Assembly (NCBI GenBank): GCA_038087875.1
Contig: JAXLNO010000594.1
Location: forward strand, 1 to 58,289
Length of the DNA: 58,289 bases
Reading direction: 5' to 3'
Origin: Malacoraja senta
Taxonomy: Eukaryota
Position 1 is the first letter of the stretch; the number at the start of each line of letters is the position of its first letter. Below the pieces are notes generated by a model. It saw nothing but the letters and a program-made list of their open reading frames with translations, made no database searches and was not told the DNA's origin. The position numbers and the translations under genes were made by a program. Of the stretch, positions 1 to 13,476 are shown piece after piece.

Positions 1-1995
1 GCACAGATCTCTAGTCCTCCAAATGGAAAGGTGCAACTCCTAGGAGAACGGTAGACCGGAATTATGCAATGTGGCTTGAGCAACGATTGTTCATTGTTCC
101 AAATACCCGGACAAATCGGGGTTGGGTGGAAATAAAGAACCACATTCAGCATGATATTCTGTATCATGAACTATATTCTACATTCTGTATCTTCCCATTT
201 ACCCGATCTATTGCACTTGGCTTTACATTGATTGCTTTTGTGTCTGGGATATTTGAACCAAGTGAATAGCATGCAAAACAACCCTTTCCACTGCAGCTCG
301 GTACATGTGATAATAATAGATCTAACCTGACCAAATGACACGTGAGATATGAAGTAACTCGGATCAGAGCGGGAATGTTCGTACTATGACGCTGACTGAG
401 ATTGTAAACGAGACACAGACGGTGATGATGTAAAAGGGAAGGCGATGAATGGCTGTTAACCACAAATGGACTGTTGGGCAAATGCGAAGAGAAGGTGAAG
501 GTGAAGATGGGGACGGGTGTAAGGACAGAATAAACATGCTGATAATGTACTGCAGACCGTAGTCATTCACCGGCATCTGAAATACAAAAGGAGAACATGA
601 TATACTCAGATGACAGAAGACATCGGCGGTGAAAGAGAAAATGTGTAATGTCAGAAGTTAATGATTTCATCAAAACTCCAATATTGATGAAACGCATGCA
701 GTGTGGTCTCAACTTTCACAATACAAGCAGGCAAATACCGGTGTTGCTCGTGGGCGCTCCTGAACATTATTCCAGAATCAGTTCCTGCTCAACATTTATT
801 GCTCAACAACTACCTATCTGTTTCTTACTACTGTTGAATTGGCACCGATATTTCCAAACATTCTTGCTGTAGAACACTTCTCAACTAACTCCTTAGACCG
901 CTTGTTCCATATACCCACCACCGTCGGAGTGTAAAGTATTTCCTTCAGGTTCCTGTCAATATTGCCACTCTGACGTGGTGCAATCACATTGATGCGACAC
1001 ACAACAGGACACACAATCGAAAATAAATAGACATTTGTCATGTCTCCCATTACTCTTGCAAAAATATGGTAAGAAAGCTTATTCTCACGTTGCATCGTAA
1101 CTTGTTTTGGGAACAACTATGCCAAGACCGCGAGATATTGCAGAGGATTGTAAATATAGCCCAGTCCATCTCAGAGCCCAGACCAATCATAGTCTTCATC
1201 TGCATTTCACGCTGCATGACATTACCTAAACACCCAACAAAATCAAAGACTTGGCAAATCCCGGTCAGTTTTTTTCTTTCCCCTACACCTATCCGGCAAA
1301 AGGTAGAGATGTTGTAAGCGCGCATCACAAGACTTAGGAATTGGTTCATTTCCTCCGCTATCGGGCATATGAACGGTCCCTCCATAGGCTAGGGCACTAT
1401 TCAATCCCCTCTACCCCATTGGTCATTGAATTTTGTCTGAGGTAGTGATGTATAAAATAGCGCTACAATGCTGATAAATGTATTCTGCTCTCTCTATTGT
1501 CCACTTTGCTCTCTCTATTGTCATGAGTCACACCACACAGGAGCAGGTCCTTCAGCCCAATCTGCCAACGCCGATCAATGTACACCAGTCACATAAGTCC
1601 CACCTGCCGTTTTGTCCCGTGCCACTTCCGATGTTTGTTGGGCCAAATGTATTTTAGATCCTGTTTAATTTCTAACTCAGCAACCTCCTTTGGCAGCTAA
1701 TTCTATATGTACGCCACCCGCTGTGCGAATACATCTAGCAACCACACTCTGAGTGGATCCACATGCCCAGTGCCCTGTATCATCGCGTTTGAACCGATAA
1801 TATCTAATTATGATATATGTAATCTGTTTGGATATCATGCAGAACAATGTTTTTCACAGTACATCGGTACATGTGCCAATAATATCCCTAAACCTGAAGC
1901 TCAAACCTAAAGCGCCTGTCATCTGCATTGTTCACAACACCATGAAACCAGCGGAATGTCTCATAGGTTGCAGAAGCATTGCATCATCCGTTTTG

Positions 1996-3139
1996 GGGAT
2001 GCAACAAGTTAAATGGACAAGTGAGAGCCAGTGGATGTAGTGTACCTGGACTTTCAGAAAGCATTTGTTACGGTTCCACACGAGAGATTAGAGGCTACAA
2101 TTATAGCACATGATATTGGGGTTGGGTATTGACATGGATATTGACATTGACATTGGACCGCAGCTAATTACAATATATATTAATAATTTAGATGAAGGGA
2201 TTAAAAGAAGAATTGCAGATGACACAAAGCTGGATGGAAGTGTGAACAGTGTAGAGGATGCTATGGGGATGCAGGCCGGTTTGGACAGGTTGGGTGAGTG
2301 GGCAGATGCATTGCAGATGCATTATAATGTGGATACATGTGGGGTTATCAACTAGTGGCAAGAACGAGAAGGCAGTTTATTATCTGAATGGTATCAGGTG
2401 AGGAAAAGGGGAAGTACAACGAGACCTGGGCGTCCTTGTACATCACTCACTGAAAGTAAGCATGCAGGTACAACAGGCAATGAAGAAAGCTAATGGCATG
2501 ATGCCTTCATAACTAGAGGAGTTGAGTATCGGAGCAAAGTGGTCCTTCTGCAGTTGTACAGGGCTCTGGTGAAACCACACCTAGAGGGTTGTGTGCAGTT
2601 TTGATCTTCTCATTTTAGGATGGACATTCTTGCTATTGAGAGAGTGCATCGTAGGTTCACGAGGTACTACCCGGGATGGCGGGACTGGGAATGATGAAAG
2701 CATGGAGCGACTGGGCTTGTATTCACTGGAATTTAGGAGGATGAGTGTCGATTTTCTTGAAACATATAAAATTATTAAGGGAATGTACACGCTAGATGCA
2801 GGAAACATGTTCCCGATGTTGGGGAGTCCAGAACCATGGACCACAGTTGAAGAACAAGGGGTAGGCCTTTTAGAACTGAGATGACGAAAAACCTGTACAG
2901 ACAGAGAGTTGTGAATTTGTGGTATTCTCTGATTCAGAAGCACGTGGACGCCGATTCACTGGATGCATTCAAAAGAAAGTTAGATAGATCTCTTGGGGCT
3001 AGCGGAATCAAGGGATATGGGGAGCAGGCACGAACCGGATACTGATTGTGGATGATCAACCATGATCACATTGAATGGCGGCGATGGCTCGAAAGGTCTA
3101 CTCCTGCACCTATTGTCTATATATCTATGTATCTATGTT
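1996..3139 (+). mobile_element. CR1-clade LINE, 5'-truncated, decayed RT and 3' end
   Basis: ORFs 2110 and 2591 carry GPQLITIYINNLDEG, ADDTKL and RLGLYSLEFRR; CR1 3' UTR ends in a TATGT-like microsatellite tail. Confidence 0.9.
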
Positions 3140-3210
3140 CCGGATCTGTACATCTGCGCGCTTAAATGACATTTTTGCGCACATTATTTGCGTTGTGTTT
3201 TCACAGAACC

Positions 3211-3945
3211 CAAGTCAAGTCATGTCGTCAAGATTATTTGTCACATACGCATACGAGATGTGCAGTGAAATAAAAAGTGGCAATGCTTGCGGATTGTGCA
3301 AAACCCCCCAAAAAACTACAAAACAGAATAGAATACAGAATCAGTACTTACATATTTTGTGGCAAAAACAGCAATTTTAAAAAGTCACCACACAACAGTA
3401 AATTGGTACAGTAAGTTAGTCCTGGTGACATAAGAGTTTACAGTTCTAATGGCCTCCAGGAAGAAACTCCTCATCCTCACTGTTTTCACAGCATGACAGC
3501 CGAGGCGTTTGCCTGATCGTAGCAGATCGAATAGTCTGTTGCTGGGGTGGAAGGGGTCCCCCATAATGTTGCTGGCTCTCGATCTGCACCTTCTGATGTA
3601 TAGTTCCTGCAGCAGGGCGAGTGTAGTTCCATAGTGCGTTCGGCCGAACGCATTACTCTCTGCAGAGTCTTCTTGTCCTGGGCAGAGCCGTTCCCAAACC
3701 AGATTGTGATGCTTCCGGACAAGATGCTTTCTACAGCCGCTGAGTAGAAGCACTGGAGGATCCTCAGTGGGACTCTGAATTTCCTCAGCTGCCTGAGGTG
3801 GTAAAGGCGCTGCCTTGCCTTACTCACTAGTGCGGCAGCGTGTGATGTCCATGTCAGATCCTCTGAGATGTGGACTCCCAGGTATTTAAATCAGCTCACC
3901 CTATCCACAGTATCCCCATTTAACTTCAGTGGCGTGTTCTCCTTC
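3211..3945 (-). mobile_element. Rex1/Babar-clade LINE 3' fragment
   Basis: ORFs 3486..3827 (KARQRLYHLRQLRKF, AVESILSGSITIWFG) and 3385..3753; tail TGACAAATAA followed by (GACTT)n. Confidence 0.85.
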
Positions 3946-4997
3946 TTCAGTGGCGAATTCTTGATCTTATCAAAGTCCGTACCATGTTCCCAGCACCCTC
4001 TTTGCGCCATGTCATCTCTTCAGGTTCCTAGAAAATCCTGCCCCTCTCACGTTAAACATATGAGATTTGATTTTTGATTCACCATCATGGGTTAAAGACT
4101 GCATTCATCCTACTTTATCTTCTCATGGTTGTAAACACTTTGATATTCCCACCACGCAGCTTCCTTCGCTCCAAGGAATAAAATGTTCACCTCTCCCTAA
4201 AGCTCGGGCACACAAGGAAAGAGTAGTACAGTCCTGCTATAGCTACTGACGGTGATACCACATGTGGAGAAACCGACAGAGACTGGACCAAGAGTCATCG
4301 TCATACAACAAAGAAACAGGCCCAGCAACTCTCTGTGTAAATGCTATCCAATTACATAATCACATTTACTAGCACTTGGTCCACAGAGTATTAAGCCTTG
4401 GCCTTATCACTTTTAAAGAAGATGATATGTTTGAAGCGGTGTAGAATCAGAAGTCCAGATTTATTACTCGAATCAAGTCACTGTGAAACGACGGGCGATT
4501 GACCAGATCCGCTACATTGTGCAGTTCGTAAGAAGACATCGATGCAACATCCAAGAAGGCACATCAATGCCTCTACTTCATGAGGAGACTGTGTAAATTT
4601 GACATGTCTCCAGTGACTCTTACATGCTTCTCGTGATGTACCGTAGAAAGCATATTGTCGAGTTCCATCAGAGATTGATTGGGAACGAGTCTCGCAAGAC
4701 CTTGAGAAATTGCAGAGTTATTACCGCAGCCCAATCCAGCACACACACCAGACGTCCCACCATTGGCTCCATCTACACTTTACGCTGCAAAAAAAACACC
4801 GAACGTAATCAGACCTGCCCGGACCGGTCAGTTCTTCTTTCCCGACTGAAGTCCCGCACAACGTAGAGAAGTTTGAAAGTGAGCACCACCGGATTAAGGA
4901 ATAACTCATTTCCCTCCTTTAACAGGCTTCTAAACGGCCCCTCCTTGGACTAGTGTACTCTTCAATTCGCTTCTCCCCCTTTGCGGATATAAGACAT

Positions 4998-5665
4998 TAT
5001 ATGCATATCATAGTCCAACCCATTACACACTTTGTATAACGATTACATATTAAGTATCCAGGGTTCCGGGTACCCAGTTACCAAAGTAGCTGGGTCCTCC
5101 TTTATCGGTTACATATTAACGTTGCCTCTAATTATTTATTTATGTTTATAGATAATAAAAATAAAGAAATAAAAAGAAGAAATTAGAAAAGTAAGATAAA
5201 CTATCAATAATACAACTTAGGAGATAGGTCCATAGGTCAGAAAACGTAACTGTTCATCCAGTCCTGGGTTCAGGTTTCAGTCTGGCCTCCGCGCCCAGTT
5301 TACCCCTTCAGATAATCTAAAAATGGAGACCATATTTTAGTAAATAATTCTGGTTTGTCAATTAAGACATATCTAATTTTTTCCAAATATAAGGTCTCCG
5401 ACATCTCCATAATCCACATCTTATTTGTGGTGGTTGCAGGATTTTTCCAAAATTGTAATATTAATTTTTTCCCAATTATTATACTGTAATCAAGGAAATT
5501 GCTTTGGTTTGTTGTAAGTTTTAGGTATTGTTCTGATATGCCCAATATTATTAATTTAGGATCGGGATCCAGTTTAGTATTAACAACTACAGAGATTATT
5601 TTTAAAATATCCATCCATTAATTTTTAATTTTGATACAATTTACAAAGGTATGGGTTAAATTAGC
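4998..5665 (-). mobile_element. L1/Tx1-like LINE 3' fragment
   Basis: ORF 5300..5614 (KLIILGI...GKKLILQFWKNP...WSPFLDYL) resembles the C-terminus of fish L1-type ORF2; related to the copy at 24500-26275. Confidence 0.75.
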
Positions 5666-8600
5666 CGATGAGTATTGGCTAACCAACGAAGGCACACCAT
5701 CATCTCTACTCCATCAAGAGACTGGGACAATTGGCATGTCTACAGTGATACTTATAAAACTTCTAGAGATGGAGCATAGAAAGCATATTGTCGGGTTGGA
5801 TTACATTGTGGTTTGGCTACAGATCTGACAAGACCGGGAGGATTTGGAGAGAGTTGTAAATGTAGCCCAATCCATCATGTAGACCTGACGTCACACCATT
5901 GTCTCCATCTACACTTCACGCTTCTTCGGGAAAAATTACCCAACATCATCAAAGATGTCTAAATCGGGTCAGTTCTTCTTGCCTGTGCTCTTATCTGCCA
6001 GAAGGTACAGAAGGTTGAAAGCGCACATCACAGCGGAATGGCTTATTTTCCATCGTTATCGAGCTTCTGCCGATCCCTCCATATGCGAGGATACAGTTCG
6101 ATTCGTATTGCCCCATTGCACACATTGGACTTTGTTTGAAAATGATGGTCCACGAGAAGCTACAAATCTGAGAACCTCATTCTGTACTCTGTATATCTAC
6201 CTATTGTCATGGAGTCACACAGTAAAGGAACAGCTCCTTCAACCCAGCTCGCCCATGCCGACTAATGTGCCCCATCTACGCTACCTCACTTACAGTGTTT
6301 GGCTAAAATCACTCTAAACCTTTCTATCCATGCACCTGTCCAATGTGTTTTAAATACTGTCATAGCTTCTGCCTTAGTGACGACCTTTGGCAGCTCATTC
6401 TATGTACCCACCACCGTCTGTGCAAATCTATATTCCCACCACCCCTGGATGAATACATAGACCCAGCACCCTCTGTCCTCGCCTCTGAACTGATTGCATC
6501 TATTCATGGTACATCTGACGAGTCTGAATAGCATGAAAAACAAAGGGTTTTAATGTTCTTCGGCACATGTTACAATAATGAACATAACCCAAAAGCTAAA
6601 ACTCCATGCGTCTCACATCGTAATTGTGTACAACAGCACAAATCGAGCGGGATGTCTCATGGTTTATCGACGGACTACATCGTACTTCGCTCCACCTGCG
6701 CACCTCGGCACAGTTTAAATACATGTGTTGTACATGTAGGAGGGGATTTTGTGCTCTATCCGTACCCTATATCTAACTTTACTCAGATAGGCACAGACAA
6801 CAAATAAAACAGCTCATAGATCAGTGGTGAGGCAACCGAACAAGTCGATTTAATACAGGCCTCAGCGATGTACATCGCGAAACAGTGTGAGGAAGCTCAA
6901 GCTGCTTCAAAATCCCACGGTAACTGTAGGATTCTTCTACCCTCGTGACACAATGGTTACTTGAGCAGTTGAAATACAACATCATTAATCAATGTCTCTG
7001 TAACCTTTCATCTTTGCGTTTCCACAAAGTTAACTTTAATCTTGGGTTTCTTGTTGTTTAGAAATCTCCTTCCCATGTATCTAACATGTAGATATCATAA
7101 ATGTCCAGATTCTTCTCGACAAATTGAGTCCCCTCGTAAAGGAGATCGTTTGTGAACGTTTTGGAGACGTGCCTGCAAAACAGAGTAACCATAGGTAGCT
7201 GTAATGCAAGATTGCAACAGATATGAACCTATTGTGGGCAGGACTACAAAAGACTATCCTCCCCCTACTGATAAGGAAGCCTGTTTCTCAGCAGAATATT
7301 TCAACTTTAGCTATTTTACCTACATTCTATCTTAGCAACGCTCCAATCATGCTCCCCAGTATGTGAGCTGCAGGGTTAAACAAACTGGAACTTACTCATC
7401 TTCCTTTTGATTCTCAACGTTTCCGACAACAGTACACATATTTTATTTGTGCTTTTGCAGAGCGTGGATTCTCCGATTGCACATATCGAGTTCCACGAAG
7501 AACGGAATTATGCGATGCAGCTTAAGCAAATGTTATTCATTCTTACAAATATACGGACAATTTAAAGTTTGAATTAAACAAAGAATCATATTCAGGATGA
7601 TATTCTATATCATGAACTATATACTGCCTCTATTATTCCTGTTGCTCGATCTAATGACTTCGTTTCAACTGATTGTATCTATGTATTGTATGTCTGATCT
7701 GAGTGGATAGGAGGCAACACAGCTTTTCACTGTGCCTCCGTACTTGTGACAGTAACATTCCTAGCCTAACCTAACCAAACCCAATGATCAGAGGTACGAA
7801 CCAAATATGTACCAAATAACAAATATCAAGTGGGCGATATGCAGAGTACTGCCCTGCCGACTACAAATTCAGAAGGTTCAGAAGGTATGATCAGAGCCGG
7901 AATGATCGTACTGTGATGGCGATTCAGATTCATAGACGACATTGATATTCAAGAGACCTGATGAATGGTTGTTAAGCACAAACAAACTGTTGGACAAATG
8001 CGAAGAGAAAGTGAAGACTGGGGCAGGAGGAGTAACACAGTAAAACGCTGCTGCTGTATTGTAGTCCGCAGTAATTGTCGGGCATCTACACATACAAGAG
8101 GAAAACAGGAAATTCTCAGATGATCTGAAGACATCGTGGAGAGAGAAGGGACATCTAATGTTATAAATGGATGACCTGATCAAATCCCCGATGCTGTGGA
8201 AGTAACTGCACGATAAGGTGTCGTTTCACCAAATACAAGAATGCCGCACTCCGCATTAGAGTGCAAACTGGCGCATCAGGGCACCTGAACATTGATGCAG
8301 AATCAGTTGCTGCCGAACATTTATTGCTCAACACAAATAACGAAAGATGGTCACCTATTTACCTCTTGCTACTGTCCAGATGGCAGCTAGATTTCCAAAC
8401 GTAGTGACTAGAAATGCCAGCATCGAGTCAACATATCTCAACGACCGCATCTGATAGCTCGTTCCGTACATGTATCGCTGTCTGAGTGTAGAGTCTTCCC
8501 GTCAGGTTCCTTGTAAATCTTGCTCCGTTCACCATATACCCATGATCTCTGTTTTTTGATTCCCCATTCTGTAGAAAAGACTGTGCATTCTCTCGATCTA

Positions 8601-9621
8601 TTCCCCGTATATACCTTTATAAGCAACATTCAGCTTCCTGTGCTCCAATGAATAAAGTCCTCATCCCTACCAAGAGCTCGGCCCATACAAGGCTAGTGTA
8701 GCGAAGTCCTGCTCTAACGACTGACGGTGATACTACAAATGGAGAAACGTGTATACACTGGTCCGAGAGTCATTTAGCCACACAGTAGAGACACAGGCCA
8801 AACACCTATCTACACCTGTGCTATCCATTTACTAATTCCCATTTACTAGCACTTGATCAGCAGAACATTATGCCCTGACACTATATATCTTTCAAGTAAG
8901 GCGGTACCTACAATACGATGCAGAATCTGAAGTTGAGGTTTATCCCACGGATGACGGAACTGCCAAAGGAGCAACAATTGATCAGATCATCTACGCTGTG
9001 CAGTTTGGAAGAACGACAAGTGAATATATTAAAACTGTAAATGTCGGATTCTACGAGGGCTGACAGGATAGATATTGAAAGCATTACACAATCGCTAGAT
9101 GGGTGATGACGTCAGGATACAAGTTTCAAAGTAGGTGTTTACCATGGAGTGAATTGAGATGAGAAGCAATTTATGCTCGCAAATATATCTGAACCTCCAG
9201 TACCATGTTGCCCAAACATTAGTGATGATAACTCATTCCGTTCAAATAGGGTTGGAGCACGTGTGTTTGTAGACAATGGTGTAATGACGGCTAACGTGAC
9301 CAGCTGTGGATTAATATGAGTCCTGCGTCAGATCCTGTTTAATGTGGAAAATAGGAACAGCCTCGCGCTGTAAATGATGCGTTCAGCAGTGTGTACCTGT
9401 ATGTGATAGGGGATGGAGTGGCTATTATCTCCAAACGCCGGGACCGAGGTATCTTCTCCGCCTCTACCGCTGAATGCTCGATTTTAGCACCAACAATCCT
9501 CAGTCAGTGAGGATAGGTGACACCTCATCCAAAGTAACACCGGACCCTAAAATAAATCATTTTCAGTCCGCTACTATATCTCCTTTACATCGAGTACTGG
9601 CCGAAATTTATATCAAAAGGT

Positions 9622-10050
9622 ACAATAGACAATAGACAATAGGTGCAGGAGTAATCCATTCGGCCCTTCGAGCCAGCACCGCCAGTCAATGTGATCATGG
9701 CTGATCATCCACAATCAGTGTCCCGTTCCTGCCTTCTTCCCATATCCCCTGATTCCGCTATCTTTCATTGCCTTATTAAGTTCTTACTTGAAAGTATCCA
9801 GAGAACCGGCCTCCACCGCCCTCTGAGGCAGAGAATTCCACAGGCTCGCAATACTCTGAGTGAAAAAAATGTTTCCTCATCTCCCATCTAAATTCCTTAC
9901 CACTTATTCTTAAACTATGGCCTCTGGTTCAGGCGTCCCCCAACATCGGGAACACGTTTCCTGCCTCTCTCGTGTCCAAACCCTTAATCGTCTTATATGT
10001 TTCAATAAGATGCCCTCTCACGCTTCTAAATTCCAGAGTATGCATGCCCG
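9622..10050 (-). mobile_element. CR1 3' fragment
   Basis: CR1 3' UTR (CATTCGGCCCTTCGAGCC...GATCATGGCTGATCATCC on +) with a (TATTGTC)n tail. Confidence 0.85.
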
Positions 10051-10883
10051 TAGACTAGGGTACTGCTCAATTCGCTTCTACCGCGGATATTTAAAATTGT
10101 CTAAGTAACTGATGCAGGAAAATACACACCAATGCTGCCAACTATATTTTGCATCTTCCACGTTGCTCTATCTATTTTCATAGAATTATCGAATCCTACA
10201 ACATGGTAATGGGATTTTCTACCCAGCTTGCACATGCCGACCAATGTGCCCATCTACACTAGTCACCCCTTCCCGCATCTCGCCCACATCACTCTAAATC
10301 ATTCCTATCCATGCAGCAGTCCAGCTGTCTTTGAAAGATGCCCTAATATATGCCGCAATCACCTCATATGTCAACTCATTCTCTGTGTAAATCCGTATAC
10401 CCACTGCTCGAGTTGTAACTATTACTGTATATATATGGTATATCTAGTGTGTCTGGATTGCACGCAAAACAAAGCTTTTTACATTAGCTCGGGACATGCA
10501 ACAATAAACTTAAATATGAAGCTGATATTTGAACGCCTCTCCTCTTAATTGTTTACAACATCGCGATCCCAGGGCGATGTCTCATTGCATCATCCACTGT
10601 TCCAGACGAGACCTTCTGCAAACTTAAATAATATTTTTGCAAAAAATGTGTTGCTTTGTGATTTTACAAAACTCAATTATCCAACTGCACTTGTCCAGTT
10701 CTACGGAGAACGGATTGATGCAAAGTGGCTTGAGTAAATTTTATTCATTCTCACAAATACACGGACAATTCAGGGGTTGATGGAAATAACCAACAATATT
10801 CAGCATGATCTTCTGTAATTAAATATATTCGACATTCTGTATCTTCCTCCTCGCTCCATCTGCAGGGCTTTAACTGGTTGTAG

Positions 10884-11052
10884 TTTAAGAGAGAATTAGA
10901 TTTAGCTCTTACGGCTGAGGGAATCAAGGGATTTGGGGAAAAGCCGGAACGGGTAACTGATTTTGGATGATCAGCCATGATCATCTTGAATGGTAGTGCT
11001 GGCTCGAAGGGCCGAGTGGCCTACTCCTGCATCTATTTTCTATGTTTCTATA
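10884..11052 (+). mobile_element. Short CR1 3'-end insertion inside a unit copy
   Basis: GGAATCAAGGGA...GGCTCGAAGGGCCGA...CCTACTCCTGC with a TATGTTTC tail; absent from paralogous unit copies. Confidence 0.8.
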
Positions 11053-12741
11053 CATCTGTATATGGCATATCTGAACTGAATGGATAGCGTGCAATGCCAC
11101 GCTTTTCACTGTACCTCGAAATATCTGTCAATAATAACCAAGCCTAACCTCAGCTAACATAATGATCTGACATAAGTACCAACTATGATCAGAGAGGGAT
11201 ACTCGTACCATGATGACTACTATGATTGTCCATGTAACACATACAGTATTGATATACAAGAGAAGGTGTTGAATGGGGGTGAACAAATGCGAAGACAAGT
11301 TGTGAAGTGGGGACAGGAGGAAGAACTCAGTAAAACACCTGATACCTTATCGTCGACCGTATTAATTACCGCGCATCTGCAATACAGGAGGAAAACATAG
11401 TATAGTCAGAAGACTCAGATAACATCCGTCCAGGCAGAAAAAAATATGTGATGTCAGAAGTGAATGATCTGATCAAAGTTCAAACCATGTACCCAGCATT
11501 CTCTATTTGTGTCAAGTCTTCCCTTCAGGTTCCTTGTAAATCTTGCTGCTCTCACATGAAACCTATGAGATCTGCCTTTTGATTCTCAATCATGGGGAAA
11601 ATGTTTTGCATTCAGCCGATCTATTCCTCTTATGATTTTATACACCTTCATATCATCACCCCTCAGCCTGCTTCGCTCCAGGGAATAAATTCCTCACCTC
11701 TCCCTGCAGCTCGGTCACACAAGGAAAGAGTAGTGCAGTCGTGCTGCGTTAATGCTATCCAATAACTGAATCGCATTTTCTAGCACTTGGTCCATAGAGT
11801 ATGATGCCTTAGCCCTCTCTCTTTTAAAGAAGGTGATACTTCCCTTTGAAGCGGCGTAGAGTCAGAAGTGGAGATTTATCCCTCGCATCAAGTGGCTGTG
11901 AAACGACCAATAATTGACCAGATCCTCTACTCTGTGCAGTTGGTGAGAACAACAAGTCAGTAATTGACGCCGATATGTGGGAGTTTACGAGTCCCTGAAA
12001 GGATGGAGGTTCAGAGCATTAAACAACGGGTATATGGATGGTTACGTTAGGATCAGATGATCAGAATATGAATTCACTTTGGAGTGACTGAGATGTGATG
12101 TAATTTACTCTCTCGGATATATCTGAATCTCGAGTACCCTCTACCCCAGAACAACAGTGGTGCCCATTTATTAAATACAAACAGGGTTGGAGCGAAGCTT
12201 CTTGTGGCCAATAGGGAACTGAAGACCAATGTGACCAGATATGGAAAAGAACTTGAGACCAGAATAAGATTGATAATTATGATATTAAATGTCTGAACAG
12301 GCTTGAGCTTGGCATTGTGTGTGTGGCCGTGTGTAGCTGTGTCCACAGTCGGGGTTTGGCGGGGGGGGGGGAGAGGGCCGTATATTATCTCCGAACACCA
12401 GGACCCAGGAATGTGCTCTGCCCTCTGCCACTGCTTCCTCGTCACTACGGCCCACGGACCTCAGTCAGTGACGACAGATGACAACATCTCCTCCATAATA
12501 ATTCTCAACACCGGCGCACTGCAACGACGATTTATCAGTCCCCAACGATACACTCTTTACACATTTCGTCCACAGGTTTGCTGACGACACAACTGTGATG
12601 AGCCGGAGCAGGAACAGTGAGGAGAGAGAGTTCAGGAAAGAGATAGTGGACTTACTGATATTGCATCAGAAAAATAACCGACCGCTCAATGTCTTCAAGA
12701 CGAAAGGGGTAGTAATTAAATTCTGGAAGCATAGGGGAAGG

Positions 12742-13476
12742 CATAGAAACATAGAAAACAGGTGCAGGAGTAGGCCATTCGGCCCTTCGAGCCTGCACCG
12801 CCATTCAATATGATCATGGCTGATCATCCAACTCAGTATCCTGTACCTGCCTTCTCTCCATATCCACTGATCCATTTAGCCACAAGGGCAACATCTAACC
12901 CCCTCTTAAATATAGCCAATGAACTGGCCTCAACTACCTTCCGTGGCAGAGAATTCCAGAGATTCACCACTCTCTGAGTGAAAAATGTTTTTCTCATCTC
13001 GGTCCTAAAAGATTTCCCCCTTATCCTTAAACTGTGACCCCTTGTTCTGGACTTCCCCAACATCGGGAACAATCTTCCTGCATCTACCAACCCCTTATGA
13101 ATTTTGTAAGTTTCTATAAGATCCCCCCTCAATCTTCTAATTCTAGCGAGTACAAGCCGAGTCTATCCCGTCTTTCTTCATATGAAAGTCCTGACATCCC
13201 AGGAATCAGTCTGGTGAACCTTCTCTGTACTCCCTCTATGGCAAGAATGCCTTTCCTCAGATTTGGAGACCAAAACTGTACGCAATACTCCAGGTGTGGT
13301 CTCACCAAGACCCTGTACAACTGCAGTAGAACCTCCCTGCTCCTATACTCAAATCCGTTTGATATGAATGCTAACATAGCATTCGCTTTCTTCACTGCCT
13401 GCATGCCTACTTTCATTGACTGGTGTACCATGACACCCAGGTCTCGTTGCATCTCCCCTTTTCCTAATCGGCCACC
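12742..13476 (-). mobile_element. Young CR1 3' fragment
   Basis: ORFs 13129..13482 and 12833..13132 are nearly identical to the C-terminus of the 53008..54132 CR1 ORF. Confidence 0.92.

Noticed and set aside
60..460. Faint resemblance to a complement C345C domain (RNYAMW...EC...MNGC*)
   Set aside because: Short motifs in different frames, stops in most copies, no consistent exon structure; likely chance.
422..580. C/D or H/ACA snoRNA in the unit core (GTGATGA...CTGA; AGAGAA...ACA)
   Set aside because: Boxes are not kept in the paralogous copies and the required stems are missing.
8020..8100. V-gene-like ending (TAAAFYCV; TVLAFYCV at ~15650)
   Set aside because: No upstream Ig-V framework (C, W) and no downstream RSS.
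8990..9045. TCR/Ig J-like peptide VQFGRTTSEYIKT after a CGCTGTG heptamer-like motif
   Set aside because: No FGxG motif, no nonamer at 12 or 23 nt, donor not conserved, and the sequence is explained by the CR1 relic.
11815..12240. Apparent repeated exon (ESEVEIYPS...IDQILYSVQL followed by GTGAG), also in ORFs 39632 and 47770
   Set aside because: At nucleotide level it is a decayed CR1 3' region (KDILALE.VQRRFTRLIP...LYSLEFRRMRGDLIE...GLDRVD). Copies carry stops and frameshifts and resemble each other only through duplication.
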